Assembly: GCA_965246715.1 (NCBI GenBank)
Contig: CBDFFH010000019.1
Coordinates: 1 to 49,287, forward strand
Direction of reading: 5' to 3'
Origin: Chamaesiphon sp.
GTDB taxonomy: Bacteria > Cyanobacteriota > Cyanobacteriia > Cyanobacteriales > Chamaesiphonaceae
Length of the DNA: 49,287 bases
The position numbers were made by a program, and so were the translations under genes. The stretch's first letter is position 1. Every line of letters begins with the position of its first letter. Positions 39,403 through 49,287 of this stretch are shown in pieces. The notes below the pieces were generated by a model that ran no database searches, was not told the DNA's origin, and saw only the letters and a list, made by a program, of their open reading frames with translations.

Positions 39403-40251
39403 ATGCGTCGCGACTCTATTTTTTATCGAATCTTTCAACAGTTTCCATCATTACTATTTGAATTAATTTCCAATCCACCCGAAAATGCCGAGCGGTATAC
39501 TTTTGAGTCAATTGAGGTGAAGGAAACAGCTTTTAGAATTGATGGGGTATTTCAACCGCCGGATCGCAATGGTATCGTCTACTTCGGGGAGGTGCAATTC
39601 CAGAAGGACGAACTATTCTATGAGCGACTGATGAGTGAGGCATGGGTGTATTTTTTTCGTCATCGCGATCGATGTCATGATTGGAGAGCTGTGGTAATTT
39701 ATCCAGCTCGGAGTATCGAGCAGGCTGAATTACACCCATTTCAGGATTCTTTTGCTAGTAATCGAATTACGCGTATTTACCTGAATGAAGTGGGAAATAT
39801 CGATCGATTGCCTTTAGGAGTAGGCTTGATGGTATTGACAATCCTAGATGACGAGCCTGCAACAGTAGCAGCTAGAGATCTCATCGATCGATCTGCCCGC
39901 GAGCCAGAGATCGGTCGTGCCATAATAGAAATGGTGGCTACAATAATTGCCTATAAATTTGTCGATCTAAGTAGATTGGAGGTTGAAGCGATGCTAGGAA
40001 TTCGGTTAGAAGATAGTCGAGCTTTTCGCGAAGTCAGAGAAGAAGGTAAGGCTGAAGGTAAGGCTGAAGGTAAGCAAGAAGAAGGACAATCTCTGATACT
40101 GCGGATGTTAACACGGCGATTTGGGGAGATTTCGCCAACTTTGCGATCGCGTATTCAAGAACTCCCACTACCTCTATTAGAGGAGCTAGGTGAAGCATTA
40201 TTAGATTTTACTGACATCGATAATTTGATTGCATGGCTAGATCGGGTGTAA
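39403..40251 (+). CDS. Rpn-like / DUF2887 + DUF4351 protein
   Basis: MRRDSIFYRIFQ, EVKETAFRIDGVF, EVQFQ, EGKAEGK repeats, LEELGEALLDF. Confidence 0.9.
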   Translation: MRRDSIFYRIFQQFPSLLFELISNPPENAERYTFESIEVKETAFRIDGVFQPPDRNGIVYFGEVQFQKDELFYERLMSEAWVYFFRHRDRCHDWRAVVIYPARSIEQAELHPFQDSFASNRITRIYLNEVGNIDRLPLGVGLMVLTILDDEPATVAARDLIDRSAREPEIGRAIIEMVATIIAYKFVDLSRLEVEAMLGIRLEDSRAFREVREEGKAEGKAEGKQEEGQSLILRMLTRRFGEISPTLRSRIQELPLPLLEELGEALLDFTDIDNLIAWLDRV

Positions 40252-40596
40252 CGAGCGTTTTTATGAAGATAATCGCTCCCAATTGCGATCGAGATCTCAA
40301 CCATTAGCTAGATCTGTAGTTTAAGATTGGGTAATAGCATTCAAAATTTTCATATCTGCCATAGTCATGTTTTCCAAACAGCAAGCGACCGAATTTACTG
40401 ATAAGTATACGCGTCATAGCCATCGACTTAGTTCTTGATATTATCACCATACCGCGATCTCAACTCGCACTTCAATCGCAACTTTTCAAGTATATTTCGC
40501 ATAAGCAGACTAAACTATCCTCCTAACCTGCGTAGGCAGGTTTTGTTTGTGTAGCTGCGGTTTCAACCGCTAAGCATCAATCTCGATCGTCTCATC

Positions 40597-41067
40597 ATGG
40601 AATTAATTATTTTTATCGGTTTGCAAGCTAGTGGCAAAAGTACATTTTTTCGCCAGAAATTTGTAATGACTCACGAACATATTAGTAAAGACCTGATGCC
40701 GCGTAAGGGCAAGGAACAGCGACAGCAACAACTAATTGAAGCTGCACTCCAAGCGGACAAGTCTATCGTAGTCGATAACACCAACCCTAGTCCGATCGAT
40801 CGAGCTACAATTATTCAGCAAGGTAAAACATACCAGGCAACAATTATTGGCTATTACTTCTCTTCAGTAATCGATGAATGTATGCAGCGCAATCTTCAGC
40901 GTGAGGGTAAATATTTGGTTCCAGATGTCGGTTTCTATTCGACTGTGAAAAAGTTAGAAAAGCCAACCTATGCTGAAGGGTTCGATCGCTTGTTTTATGT
41001 TCGGATTGGTGAAAACAATGATTTTATTATTAGCCCCTGGGGTGAAGGAGTAGGCGATGGAACCTAA
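40597..41067 (+). CDS. P-loop kinase (AAA_33/PNK-like)
   Basis: IGLQASGKST, VVDNTNP, PTYAEGFD; overlaps thg1 start. Confidence 0.88.
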   Translation: MELIIFIGLQASGKSTFFRQKFVMTHEHISKDLMPRKGKEQRQQQLIEAALQADKSIVVDNTNPSPIDRATIIQQGKTYQATIIGYYFSSVIDECMQRNLQREGKYLVPDVGFYSTVKKLEKPTYAEGFDRLFYVRIGENNDFIISPWGEGVGDGT

Positions 41068-41602
41068 AAGTTTTGACAACCAAATGCGCGAGTTGGAGTA
41101 TTTCCACTCGTTACGATTGTTGCCTGGTGCTTGGGCGGTAATTCGCGTGGATGGGCGGAGTTTTTCTAAGTTTACTGCCGAGCGATTTGAGAAACCATTC
41201 GACATCAAATTTCATGAGCTGATGGTACAGACTACCGAAGCGTTATTGATGGAGTTAGATGGGATTTATGCTTTTACCGAGAGCGATGAAATTTCGATTT
41301 TATTGCCACCGGATTGGAATTTGTTCGATCGAAGTTTAGAAAAAGCGGTTTCGATTTCTGCGGGGATTGCTAGCAGTCAATTTAGTATTGCCATCGGCGA
41401 ACCAGCCACATTCGATAGTCGGGTATGGATGGGAGCGACGACGGCTCAAGTTTGCGATTATTTTAGCTGGCGACAAGCCGATACGACGCGCTGTGCGCTA
41501 AATGGCTGGTGCTATTGGACGTTACGCAAATCGGGAATTAGTGCGCGCAAAGCAACATCGATGGTAGATGGGAAAGGGGTGGATTTTAAAAACCAATTAC
41601 TA

Positions 41603-42828
41603 GGGAGCATCCCACTTTTTATTAGTTTTATGTAGATAAAGCGTATGTACTAGTATGGCGATCGAGAAATCTGGTGAAAATAGCAGCAGAGGGAGCATAA
41701 TCTTGAGATAATGGGGTCAAGTAAACTAAGGTAGTGTAATGAGTCCAGAAGAGCAAAAAGAACTCGATCGACACACAAAAGCTATTGCCAAAATATTGTA
41801 TAAAAATACACCAAAAGAAGAACTAACAAGCTTAGGAAAAATCGAAGAAGCGGTGAGAGCGAGAATGCAAGAGTATGTGATGCCATCCGTCGGAATTTTT
41901 TTATCGAAAATGTCACAGTCGAAACTGGAGGATATAAAAGACAGATCCAAAGCATAATTGGAGAATTAGCAATCACAAGCAAACAGGCAGCCAAGCTAAA
42001 TATCAAAAGTCATACCCAAATCAGTCCGTATTTGGAAGCTTGTTGCTTGCGTATAAGTGCATCAATTTCTTACGAAAGGACAACAGAGGAAGTCAAATAT
42101 TTAACTGGAGTGGAGATATCAAAAAGTGCCCAACAGAGGTTAATTCACAGACAAGAATTTGAATTGCCTCAAGCTGAGACACCCGTGGCAGAATTGAGTG
42201 TAGATGGGGGGAATATTCGAGTGAGAACCCCAAAGGGAGAGGTGTGTAGCTGGAAAGGATACAAAGCAACAGTACTACATCAACAGCAAAAAATTGCATC
42301 ATCATTTCAAGAAAATGAGACGATCGTTAATTGGGTAAATAGTCAAGAATTAGCTCCAGTTGTTACTTGCTTAGGTGATGGCCATGACGGGGTATGGAAT
42401 ATCATCAAGGAATTTGTACCTATTGGTGAAAGAAGAGAAATTCTCGACTGGTTTCATTTGATGGAAAATCTCCATAAAATTGGCGGTTCCAACCAAAGAT
42501 TATTTGCAGCCAGAGAATTACTCTGGTACGGAAAAGTTGATGAGACGATTAAGTTGTTTGGTGATTGTAATCTCAAGCAAGCTGAAAACTTTTGTGCTTA
42601 TTTAGAGAAACATCGTCATCGGATAATTAATTATTATTATTTTCAAGCCGAACAAATCTGCTCTATTGGTTCTGGTTCCATTGAGTCTACAATTAAACAG
42701 ATCGATCGCCGGACTAAAATTTCTGGAGCGCAGTGGAAATCTGAAAATGTTCCTCAAGTATTAGCGCATCGCTGCGCCTACCTCAACGGGTTAATTTGCG
42801 ATCGCTAAATAAAAAGTGGGATGCTCCC
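41603..42828 (+). mobile_element. ISKra4-like insertion sequence (1226 bp)
   Basis: IRs GGGAGCATCCCACTTTTTATT / AATAAAAAGTGGGATGCTCCC; 9-bp target duplication CAATTACTA at 41594-41602 and 42829-42837. Confidence 0.9.
41739..42808 (+). CDS. ISKra4-like transposase in two frames, joined by probable -1 slippage at a T7 run (41896-41902)
   Basis: SVDGGNIR, LGDGHDGVW, LDWFHL, IGSGSIES motifs. Confidence 0.75.
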
Positions 42829-43151
42829 CAATTACTATTCGAGCATGGCATCAATTTTAACGATTTACCCGCATGGCAACGACGGGGTTCGGGTTTGTAT
42901 TGGGAGACTTACGAGAAGGTAGGTTACAATCCGATAAAGCAAATCGAAGTAATTACCAGTAGGCGACGGATTAAAGTCGATCGAGAGTTACCGATGAAGG
43001 GTGAATATCGCGATTTTATTATGGAAATTACCGACAGTATTCAGCCTAAAGATCCAGCTCCAGCTTCACATAATAATGTCACCGCTATCGAAGATTAATC
43101 GGCGTTGCTGAATCTATATATAATTTACCAAATAGGAGATCGCTAAAATCT

Positions 43152-43185
43152 TAGGTAGGGGCAATTCATGAATTGCCCCTACCTA
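43152..43185. repeat. Perfect 34-bp REP-like palindrome between convergent genes
   Basis: TAGGTAGGGGCAATTCATGAATTGCCCCTACCTA. Confidence 0.9.
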
Positions 43186-43206
43186 GGGTTGCATATTTAC
43201 TTTAAT

Positions 43207-43755
43207 TTAGGCGAATAATTGTCGAACATCGATCGAGAGATCGGGAAAAGCTAATGGGGAAATCGTACCACTATCGATTTGAGTTTTCGATCGATATCCT
43301 GATGCTGTCCAATCTCTAAATACAACTAATACCGATCGATGTAAATCCATCACCCAATATTCAGGAATTCCCGCCTCTGCATAGATATCTTTCTTCAATC
43401 CCAAATCTTTGACGAGTGTAGAATTTGAAATCTCAATCAACCAGTAAATATCATCCGGTTGCGGGTGTCGCTCTCGATACAATGAGGCTGGTGTGCGGAC
43501 GATCGCGATATCCGGTTCCGGTTCGGAGTTGTTTGGCAGTGTAATCGGATGAGCCTCACTAATCCTGGCTCGATCGCCTAATAATTGCCGCAGATACTCA
43601 CCTGTTTCTCGACAGTAAAATGAATGAGGTACGCCTTCTGGCGACATTTCAATAATTTCCCCTCTAAGTAACTCTACTTGCCTGTCGTCCAGTATTCCAG
43701 TATCGATCATCTGGTGATAGTCTTGTAGAGTCCATTTGGCGATTACGATGCTCAT
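43207..43755 (-). CDS. Uma2 family endonuclease-like protein
   Basis: VELLRGEIIEMSP, EPEPDIAIV, LIEIS, K..YAEAGIPEYWVMD. Confidence 0.92.
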   Translation of the reverse strand: MSIVIAKWTLQDYHQMIDTGILDDRQVELLRGEIIEMSPEGVPHSFYCRETGEYLRQLLGDRARISEAHPITLPNNSEPEPDIAIVRTPASLYRERHPQPDDIYWLIEISNSTLVKDLGLKKDIYAEAGIPEYWVMDLHRSVLVVFRDWTASGYRSKTQIDSGTISPLAFPDLSIDVRQLFA

Positions 43756-43839
43756 GGCAATTTACCTCGCTGGTTGAGATCTTAACTATTATTTTAGCCA
43801 TCGATCGATCTGGATACATTCCGACAATCGAGCTAAAAT

Positions 43840-45189
43840 TTACTTCCCTAACATCATCTGTTCGACAAAATTGGTATAGACTTCACCCTTAATAAAACCT
43901 GGATGTTCGAGGATCTTTTGGTGAAATTCGATCGTCGTTGGTACGCCAGTAATTGCATACTCGCGGAGCGCGCGACGCATTCGCCGAATCGCTGTTTCTC
44001 GATCGACTCCCCAGACGATCAGTTTACCGATTAGCGAGTCATAAAAAGGTGGAATCTCGTAATCGGTGTACACATGCGAATCGATCCGCACTCCTGGGCC
44101 GCCTGGTGCCAGATAGCCAGTGATTTTGCCTGGAGATGGCCGAAAATTATAATTAGCATCTTCAGCATTGACGCGACACTCGATCGAGTGACCTTTGAAG
44201 ACTACTTGCTCTTGAGTCAGCGCAAGTTTTTCGCCCTGAGCCACCCGAATCTGTTCGGCGATCAAATCCAATCCAGTGATCATCTCCGTCACCGGATGTT
44301 CGACTTGGATGCGCGTATTCATCTCCATAAAGTAGAAAGCGCCATGCTTATCGAGCAGAAACTCTACCGTTCCGACCCCAGCATAATCGATCGATTTTGC
44401 CGCAGCGATCGCGGCATCACCCATTTTCTTGCGTAATTCTGGAGTCAATGCCGGACTGGGAGCTTCTTCTAATAACTTCTGGTGCCGACGCTGGATCGAG
44501 CAATCGCGTTCGCCGAGGTGGATGACATTGCCATAATTATCTGCCAGAATCTGGAACTCGACATGACGCGGACATTCGATAAATTTCTCGACATAGACAC
44601 CACCATTCCCAAACGCCGCCTCTGCTTCGCCTTGAGCGGCATGATACAACCGGACTAAATCTGCTTCTTCATGCACCAACCGCATCCCGCGTCCGCCGCC
44701 ACCAGCGGTAGCTTTGAGCATTACCGGATAACCGATTTGGCCTGCGACTTTGAGCGCTGCTTCGGCATCAGCTAAGAGTCCATCGCTCCCTGGTACCGTC
44801 GGTACCCCCACCCGTTTCATCGTCTCCTTGGCAGTAGATTTGTCACCCATCGCCCGCATGGCGGCTGGGGAAGGGCCGATAAAGGTGAGATGATGGTCGG
44901 CACAGATTTCCGCAAATCGCGCGTTCTCAGCCAGAAATCCATAGCCTGGATGAATGGCAGTAGCGTTGCGAGTCAATGCGGCAGATATAATATTTGGAAT
45001 ATTCAGATAACTCTTACTGCCGATCGGTTCGCCAATACAGACTGCCTCATCTGCTAATTGAACGTGGAGTGCCTTTCGATCGATCGTCGAATGCACGGCG
45101 ACTGTCCCAATCCCCATTTCGCCACAGGTACGGATGATTCTCAGGGCGATTTCGCCCCGATTGGCGATTAAGATTTTTGAAAATGACAT
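43840..45189 (-). CDS. accC: Acetyl-CoA carboxylase biotin carboxylase subunit
   Basis: [50 protein letters not shown]. Confidence 0.97.
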   Translation of the reverse strand: MSFSKILIANRGEIALRIIRTCGEMGIGTVAVHSTIDRKALHVQLADEAVCIGEPIGSKSYLNIPNIISAALTRNATAIHPGYGFLAENARFAEICADHHLTFIGPSPAAMRAMGDKSTAKETMKRVGVPTVPGSDGLLADAEAALKVAGQIGYPVMLKATAGGGGRGMRLVHEEADLVRLYHAAQGEAEAAFGNGGVYVEKFIECPRHVEFQILADNYGNVIHLGERDCSIQRRHQKLLEEAPSPALTPELRKKMGDAAIAAAKSIDYAGVGTVEFLLDKHGAFYFMEMNTRIQVEHPVTEMITGLDLIAEQIRVAQGEKLALTQEQVVFKGHSIECRVNAEDANYNFRPSPGKITGYLAPGGPGVRIDSHVYTDYEIPPFYDSLIGKLIVWGVDRETAIRRMRRALREYAITGVPTTIEFHQKILEHPGFIKGEVYTNFVEQMMLGK

Positions 45190-45401
45190 GATAATAATAT
45201 TCCTGGCTCTATAGATTGGGGCACAGTCTCAGCCCCAGCCATTCGAGCGCACGATCGATCCGCACGCTGGGCAAGGATCATTATATTTTAGATTAGTGCG
45301 GTTTCGCTGGATTTAGGCGGCGATCGTCGATCGTCAGTTTCCAGTTGCAATTTAGGTATGGCAATATTTTTTTCGATGTCGATCGGATGCGCGAACGATC
45401 T

Positions 45402-45980
45402 TCATGTCACACGTTCGAGGATTATCTCCCAAACAGATTTTGGATATAGATATTTGGAGATAATTTTTTCCTCAACAGCCAAGATCTGCCAACCGCTCGA
45501 AAAAAGAGCGATAACTGTCTCCCGATCGAAAAATCGCTTCGGTTCGCCATTGACTGAGTAATAATTTTCGGCAATTTGCGGATGACCAGTCGCGCCATAA
45601 TAACGATCGTTTGTAGAATTTAATCGACATAACAACACTCCACCTAATTGTAAACAACTGTGAATTTGCTCGACGATCGCCAGTGTCTCCGCCCAAGTAA
45701 AGTAATGCAGGGATAGGCTGGCGATAACCACACCAAGTTCTGACGCAGTTGGTGGAAATGTTGCGCGGATGTCTTGACAATGATATTCAGCCGTTGGGAC
45801 TTTAATTTTTGCCGCTGCGATGGCTGGTGCGGAGAGATCGATCGCGATAACATGGTGCCCATTAGCTACAAGAGTTAGGGTATCATCGCCTTCACCACAA
45901 CCGAGTTCGAGGATCGGCACCGCACCAACACGCGATCGAATCAGTGGCAAGTATTGTTGCAGCCAGAGATCTTTCATCAC
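45402..45980 (-). CDS. Class I SAM-dependent methyltransferase
   Basis: ILELGCGEG, AIDLS, ASLSLHYF. Confidence 0.88.
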   Translation of the reverse strand: MMKDLWLQQYLPLIRSRVGAVPILELGCGEGDDTLTLVANGHHVIAIDLSAPAIAAAKIKVPTAEYHCQDIRATFPPTASELGVVIASLSLHYFTWAETLAIVEQIHSCLQLGGVLLCRLNSTNDRYYGATGHPQIAENYYSVNGEPKRFFDRETVIALFSSGWQILAVEEKIISKYLYPKSVWEIILERVT

Positions 45981-46271
45981 AAGCAGTAGGGATTAGGATA
46001 ACGATCCATGAGAGTAAACTTTCTTACCTGTATGTTACAATGACAATATCCCGATTGCTATACTGGGTAAAGACAATTATCGTTTAGACTACAGCGATTT
46101 CGCTAAGTGTTGAAGGATTTCGGAGGTTGATAAGCATAAATGACGAACTTCGCTCGCAATGTCCCAATCCCTGGCAAATAGAATTACGATGTAACAGGAT
46201 AGGTAAGTAATTCCTGGCGATCGGGCAACGAACTTCCTATTGCTGTTTATTGTGGTTCTGAGAATAAAATC

Positions 46272-48773
46272 GTGCCGCCAGTTGTTGTTGCTGCTAGTCG
46301 CTTTGCTTCTGCTCTGGAAACAGGGACAGCAAAATTGTGGATGCTATTAGTTGGGGTCAACCATTATGTCGATCTCACGCTCCCATCTTTACGATATGCA
46401 GCGGGAGATTGTCAGGGAATCGGCGCATCGCTGTCCGCCGCAACTCAAGCATTTCCGCATAAAGAATTGTCGATCTATCACGATTTTGCCGCCGAATTCC
46501 CGACACATAGCACAGTTACAGCTAGCTTATCCCGGATTGTCGCCGAAGCGCGATCGCAAGATACGGTATTAATCTATTTTTCTGGGCACGGTGTCCTCGA
46601 ACCAGTCACGCAACAAACTGTATTATGCCTGCGTGATACCGATTGTCGCAATTTATTGAGTACGGGTTTACAGATCCAATTTGTATTGCAACAGCTCCAA
46701 AATTGTGCGGCTCACGATCGACTGTTGTGGTTGGATGCCTGTCATAGTGGCAATCTCAGTTTTATGGGGACTCAAACCGATCGCGCCATCGCCACGCTGC
46801 TAAATCCGACCGCGCAATTGGTAGAATCTCTCCGCCAGGGCGCATCTCAAGGCCGGGGATTTTATGCTTTATTATCCTGCGATGAAGGCCAACAGTCTTG
46901 GGAATTTCCCGATCTCGGGCATGGTGTATTTAGTTATTATCTGATGCGTGGCTTGCGTGGGGAGGCCGCAGACGAGCGCGGGGTTATCGATGCCGATGGC
47001 TTGTATCGCTATGTTTATCGCCAAACGGTGCAATATATCGATACGCTCAATCAACAGTTACGCGTAGCAGATCGGGAACAACGCGATCGGGGGGAAATCA
47101 GCTGGTATCCCGAATATTCGCCCCAAACACCCAAACGAATCGTGGCAGGGGTAGGGGAGATCGTTTTGGGTCTACAGCAGTCCAGCGAGCTGGTACAGAC
47201 GGAGCGCAGGGCTTTGCTGGTCGATCTGACGGCAGATCCCAGCAGCGATGCGCTCGGCCGCGTTTTGCAAGCAGAGGGGAAATTTACTGTTGATGCGTTG
47301 TTGACTGACTCATGCTCAGTTGCGGATGTAGGCGATCGAATTCAGACTTTCCTCGCAGGCGAGCGTGGTGAAACGTCGAGGAGCGAGTACCGATCCTCCA
47401 CGCGGTTGTTATACCTGCGGGGGAAAATTACCGCGCTACAAGGCGATGATGTTGGGCTGGAGATCGCTGGAGGGGTCACGCTAAGCCGCAATTGGCTCTG
47501 TCAAGCATTGCACCACAACATTCATACTCAGCAAATCGTCATCCTCGATTGCCTGGTAGCGAATGAAACACCTCCCGATCCTCACCTCGCAGCTGATTGG
47601 GTGACTGCTTTAAACAGCACGACTATAGCGGGGATAAATGTCTCTGGTACGCGGCCGAGTCAGTGGATGATGGTCTGTATCGCGCCGCTAGAAGATGCCG
47701 AAGTGTTTGCCCAGGTACTGCTCGAAGCAACGATTTCGACTCCCTTGTACTCGGGCACGACCGTTAGCGATTGGTTAGCGATCGCCCAAACAAATCTGGC
47801 AGAATTAGGGATCTGCTCGATGTTGTGGCGATCGGATGCTCAGCGGCAGGATATTTTAGCGACAACTCCAGAAGTAGATCCGGTGGCGCAGCTACGCCAG
47901 TGGTCTACCGGAGCTTTGGCTACTGCTGGAGACCCACCAATCCTCGATCTCGAAACCGCAGACACCGAGCGCATTCAGTCAGCAGTGGAACCAACTGTTT
48001 TTTCTGAAAATTTAGCAGCGTTGTTACATCGATCGTTCGGCCCGATTGCGGCAGCTTTACTCGCGCGATTAGAGTTAGCACGGGTGGCAGATCCGGCGAT
48101 GGCGATTGAAATATTGTTACCGTTATTACCCGAGCGGGAGCGAGACAATTTCGCTCGACAGGTCGCGGTTCTAGGCGAACGCCAACCCCAGCAATTGACT
48201 CCAGTGGCACAGTCTCCGGCTCCCCTCCCGCCGACGAGTGCTACTCCTAGCTCCAAGACGAGTCCGCCCACACTAGCTGCCACTGGGCAGATCCACTTTT
48301 CGGGGGCAGCAAGAAGCGAGATCGAGATCGCCCTCCGAGGGATTGTCGGCCCCGTTGCAAGTGTCTTGCTCAGTCAAATCGAGCCGACAGCGTGGAGCAC
48401 CGATCGATCGTTGATTGCGGCACTGACACCTCATCTGACGGAGGATCTCATCGATCGATTCGATCGTCAGCTTCAGCAGATCGTCCACTCATCAACAACC
48501 GCCAGTGTCGAGCCAGAATCTGGCTCGACACTAGGTGCTAATGGGCGCGGCATCGAGTCGGCTCCATTACCAGTCGCACTGAATGACGATTTTATGATTG
48601 TATGCGAGCGCGAATTGACACTGGCAATCGGCCCGATCGCCAAATTTATTGTTGCTACTACCTACCAGGCACATCCACGTCTATCTGCGACAGATTTTGC
48701 TGCAATTTTAACCGAGCAAATCTCCGATCCCGAGCGCGCAGCATCGTTTCTCCGTCAACTGAATTTACGCTAA
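46272..48773 (+). CDS. Caspase-family (C14) protein with degenerate second caspase-like domain and C-terminal GPIA repeats
   Basis: LLVGVNHY, YFSGHG, LDACHSG dyad; second YLRG/ILDC; repeats FGPIA, VGPVA, IGPIA. Confidence 0.85.
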   Translation: MPPVVVAASRFASALETGTAKLWMLLVGVNHYVDLTLPSLRYAAGDCQGIGASLSAATQAFPHKELSIYHDFAAEFPTHSTVTASLSRIVAEARSQDTVLIYFSGHGVLEPVTQQTVLCLRDTDCRNLLSTGLQIQFVLQQLQNCAAHDRLLWLDACHSGNLSFMGTQTDRAIATLLNPTAQLVESLRQGASQGRGFYALLSCDEGQQSWEFPDLGHGVFSYYLMRGLRGEAADERGVIDADGLYRYVYRQTVQYIDTLNQQLRVADREQRDRGEISWYPEYSPQTPKRIVAGVGEIVLGLQQSSELVQTERRALLVDLTADPSSDALGRVLQAEGKFTVDALLTDSCSVADVGDRIQTFLAGERGETSRSEYRSSTRLLYLRGKITALQGDDVGLEIAGGVTLSRNWLCQALHHNIHTQQIVILDCLVANETPPDPHLAADWVTALNSTTIAGINVSGTRPSQWMMVCIAPLEDAEVFAQVLLEATISTPLYSGTTVSDWLAIAQTNLAELGICSMLWRSDAQRQDILATTPEVDPVAQLRQWSTGALATAGDPPILDLETADTERIQSAVEPTVFSENLAALLHRSFGPIAAALLARLELARVADPAMAIEILLPLLPERERDNFARQVAVLGERQPQQLTPVAQSPAPLPPTSATPSSKTSPPTLAATGQIHFSGAARSEIEIALRGIVGPVASVLLSQIEPTAWSTDRSLIAALTPHLTEDLIDRFDRQLQQIVHSSTTASVEPESGSTLGANGRGIESAPLPVALNDDFMIVCERELTLAIGPIAKFIVATTYQAHPRLSATDFAAILTEQISDPERAASFLRQLNLR

Positions 48774-48782
48774 TGCCGATCG

Positions 48783-49287
48783 TTACTTCTGCCGATTGAG
48801 TAAATTCATCGAAATTTCCAGACTAGATTTCATCCGCTTAAATGCGGCAGCCAATAGCCCGATCTCATCTTGACTCTTGTGCTCGAATTCACCATCCATT
48901 TGCCCCAAGCTAACGGCATCAGCAGTTTTGGCCATTTGCCGGATCGGGCGAATCACGGCTCGACGGAGTAGATAATTAACGGTCAGGAGAATTGCCGCAA
49001 ATACTGCGAGTAATATGCCCATAATCAGCTTGAGTGCCGATTGAGCGTTATCGTATACTTGCTCGGCAGGCACCGAAATGACCTGAGCCGCAATCACTTG
49101 CCCTAATTTCCAGTTAAAGCCATTTTCCGAACCATATGTAGTAATTTGACTTTTGGGGGCGCGATCGGGTGTAGAGTGGCAACGCAAGCAGCTTTCTTTG
49201 GTAATGGTGAGCGGATGGGCGATATAGAATACTTTGCCCCCAGGGAGATCCCGAAATCCAGAGATATCTTTAGTTTCTGATTCAGTC
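48783..49287 (-). CDS. DUF3365/Tll0287-like heme-c protein with HAMP domain (partial, start outside window)
   Basis: Frame is open to the window edge: FYIAHPLTITKESCLRCHSTP (CxxCH), TM helix, HAMP DEIGLLAAAFKRM. Confidence 0.85.
   Translation of the reverse strand, partial: TESETKDISGFRDLPGGKVFYIAHPLTITKESCLRCHSTPDRAPKSQITTYGSENGFNWKLGQVIAAQVISVPAEQVYDNAQSALKLIMGILLAVFAAILLTVNYLLRRAVIRPIRQMAKTADAVSLGQMDGEFEHKSQDEIGLLAAAFKRMKSSLEISMNLLNRQK

Larger units (their letters stand above)
41057..43098 (+). pseudogene. thg1: tRNA(His) guanylyltransferase Thg1-like protein, disrupted by IS
   Basis: IRVDGRSFSKFT, SDEISI, FDSR, YFSWRQAD; junction KNQLL|FEHGINFNDLPAWQRRG is restored on IS removal. Confidence 0.9.

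Noticed and set aside
40042..40086. GAAGGTAAGGCT tandem repeat
   Set aside because: Ordinary EGK/EGR repeat linker of Rpn/DUF4351 proteins
45402..45980. Methyltransferase as the missing Hen1
   Set aside because: Only 192 aa, no Hen1 N-terminal domain or Hen1-specific motifs, on the opposite strand and 6 kb away
1..49287. tRNA, rRNA, riboswitch or Y-RNA genes near the repair clusters
   Set aside because: No cloverleaf/T-loop or known riboswitch consensus recognised by eye; a covariance-model search would be needed

Overview
Cyanobacterial chromosomal window: it carries phycobilisome/PSII genes and has a very dense CGATCG/HIP1-core content. A Chamaesiphon-like host is plausible but not proven. 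Housekeeping genes include a group-2 sigma factor, rbp, dusB, psb30, nblB, folC and accC. Four IS elements have clear ends and target duplications: ISAs1; an IS4 carrying a nested IS1 inside a PatA-like regulator; and an ISKra4-like element inside thg1. A DXCF cyanobacteriochrome two-component cluster is also present. The main highlight is two nucleic-acid end-repair clusters about 9 kb apart. The first (minus strand) is RNA ligase, HD-kinase, and a 1017-aa MJ1316+EEP+2H+eukaryote-type poly(A) polymerase fusion, driven by a consensus sigma70 promoter whose leader has an AUG-UAG start-stop uORF overlapping an anti-SD. The second (plus strand) is a canonical-type PARG, Pnkp with no adjacent Hen1, a P-loop kinase and Thg1. 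A further highlight is four copies of a ~50-nt hairpin element (GCG...CAAGACA) that has inserted precisely, without target duplication, into other repeats; one copy lies in frame inside Pnkp. All product calls come from motif recognition by eye, not database searches.
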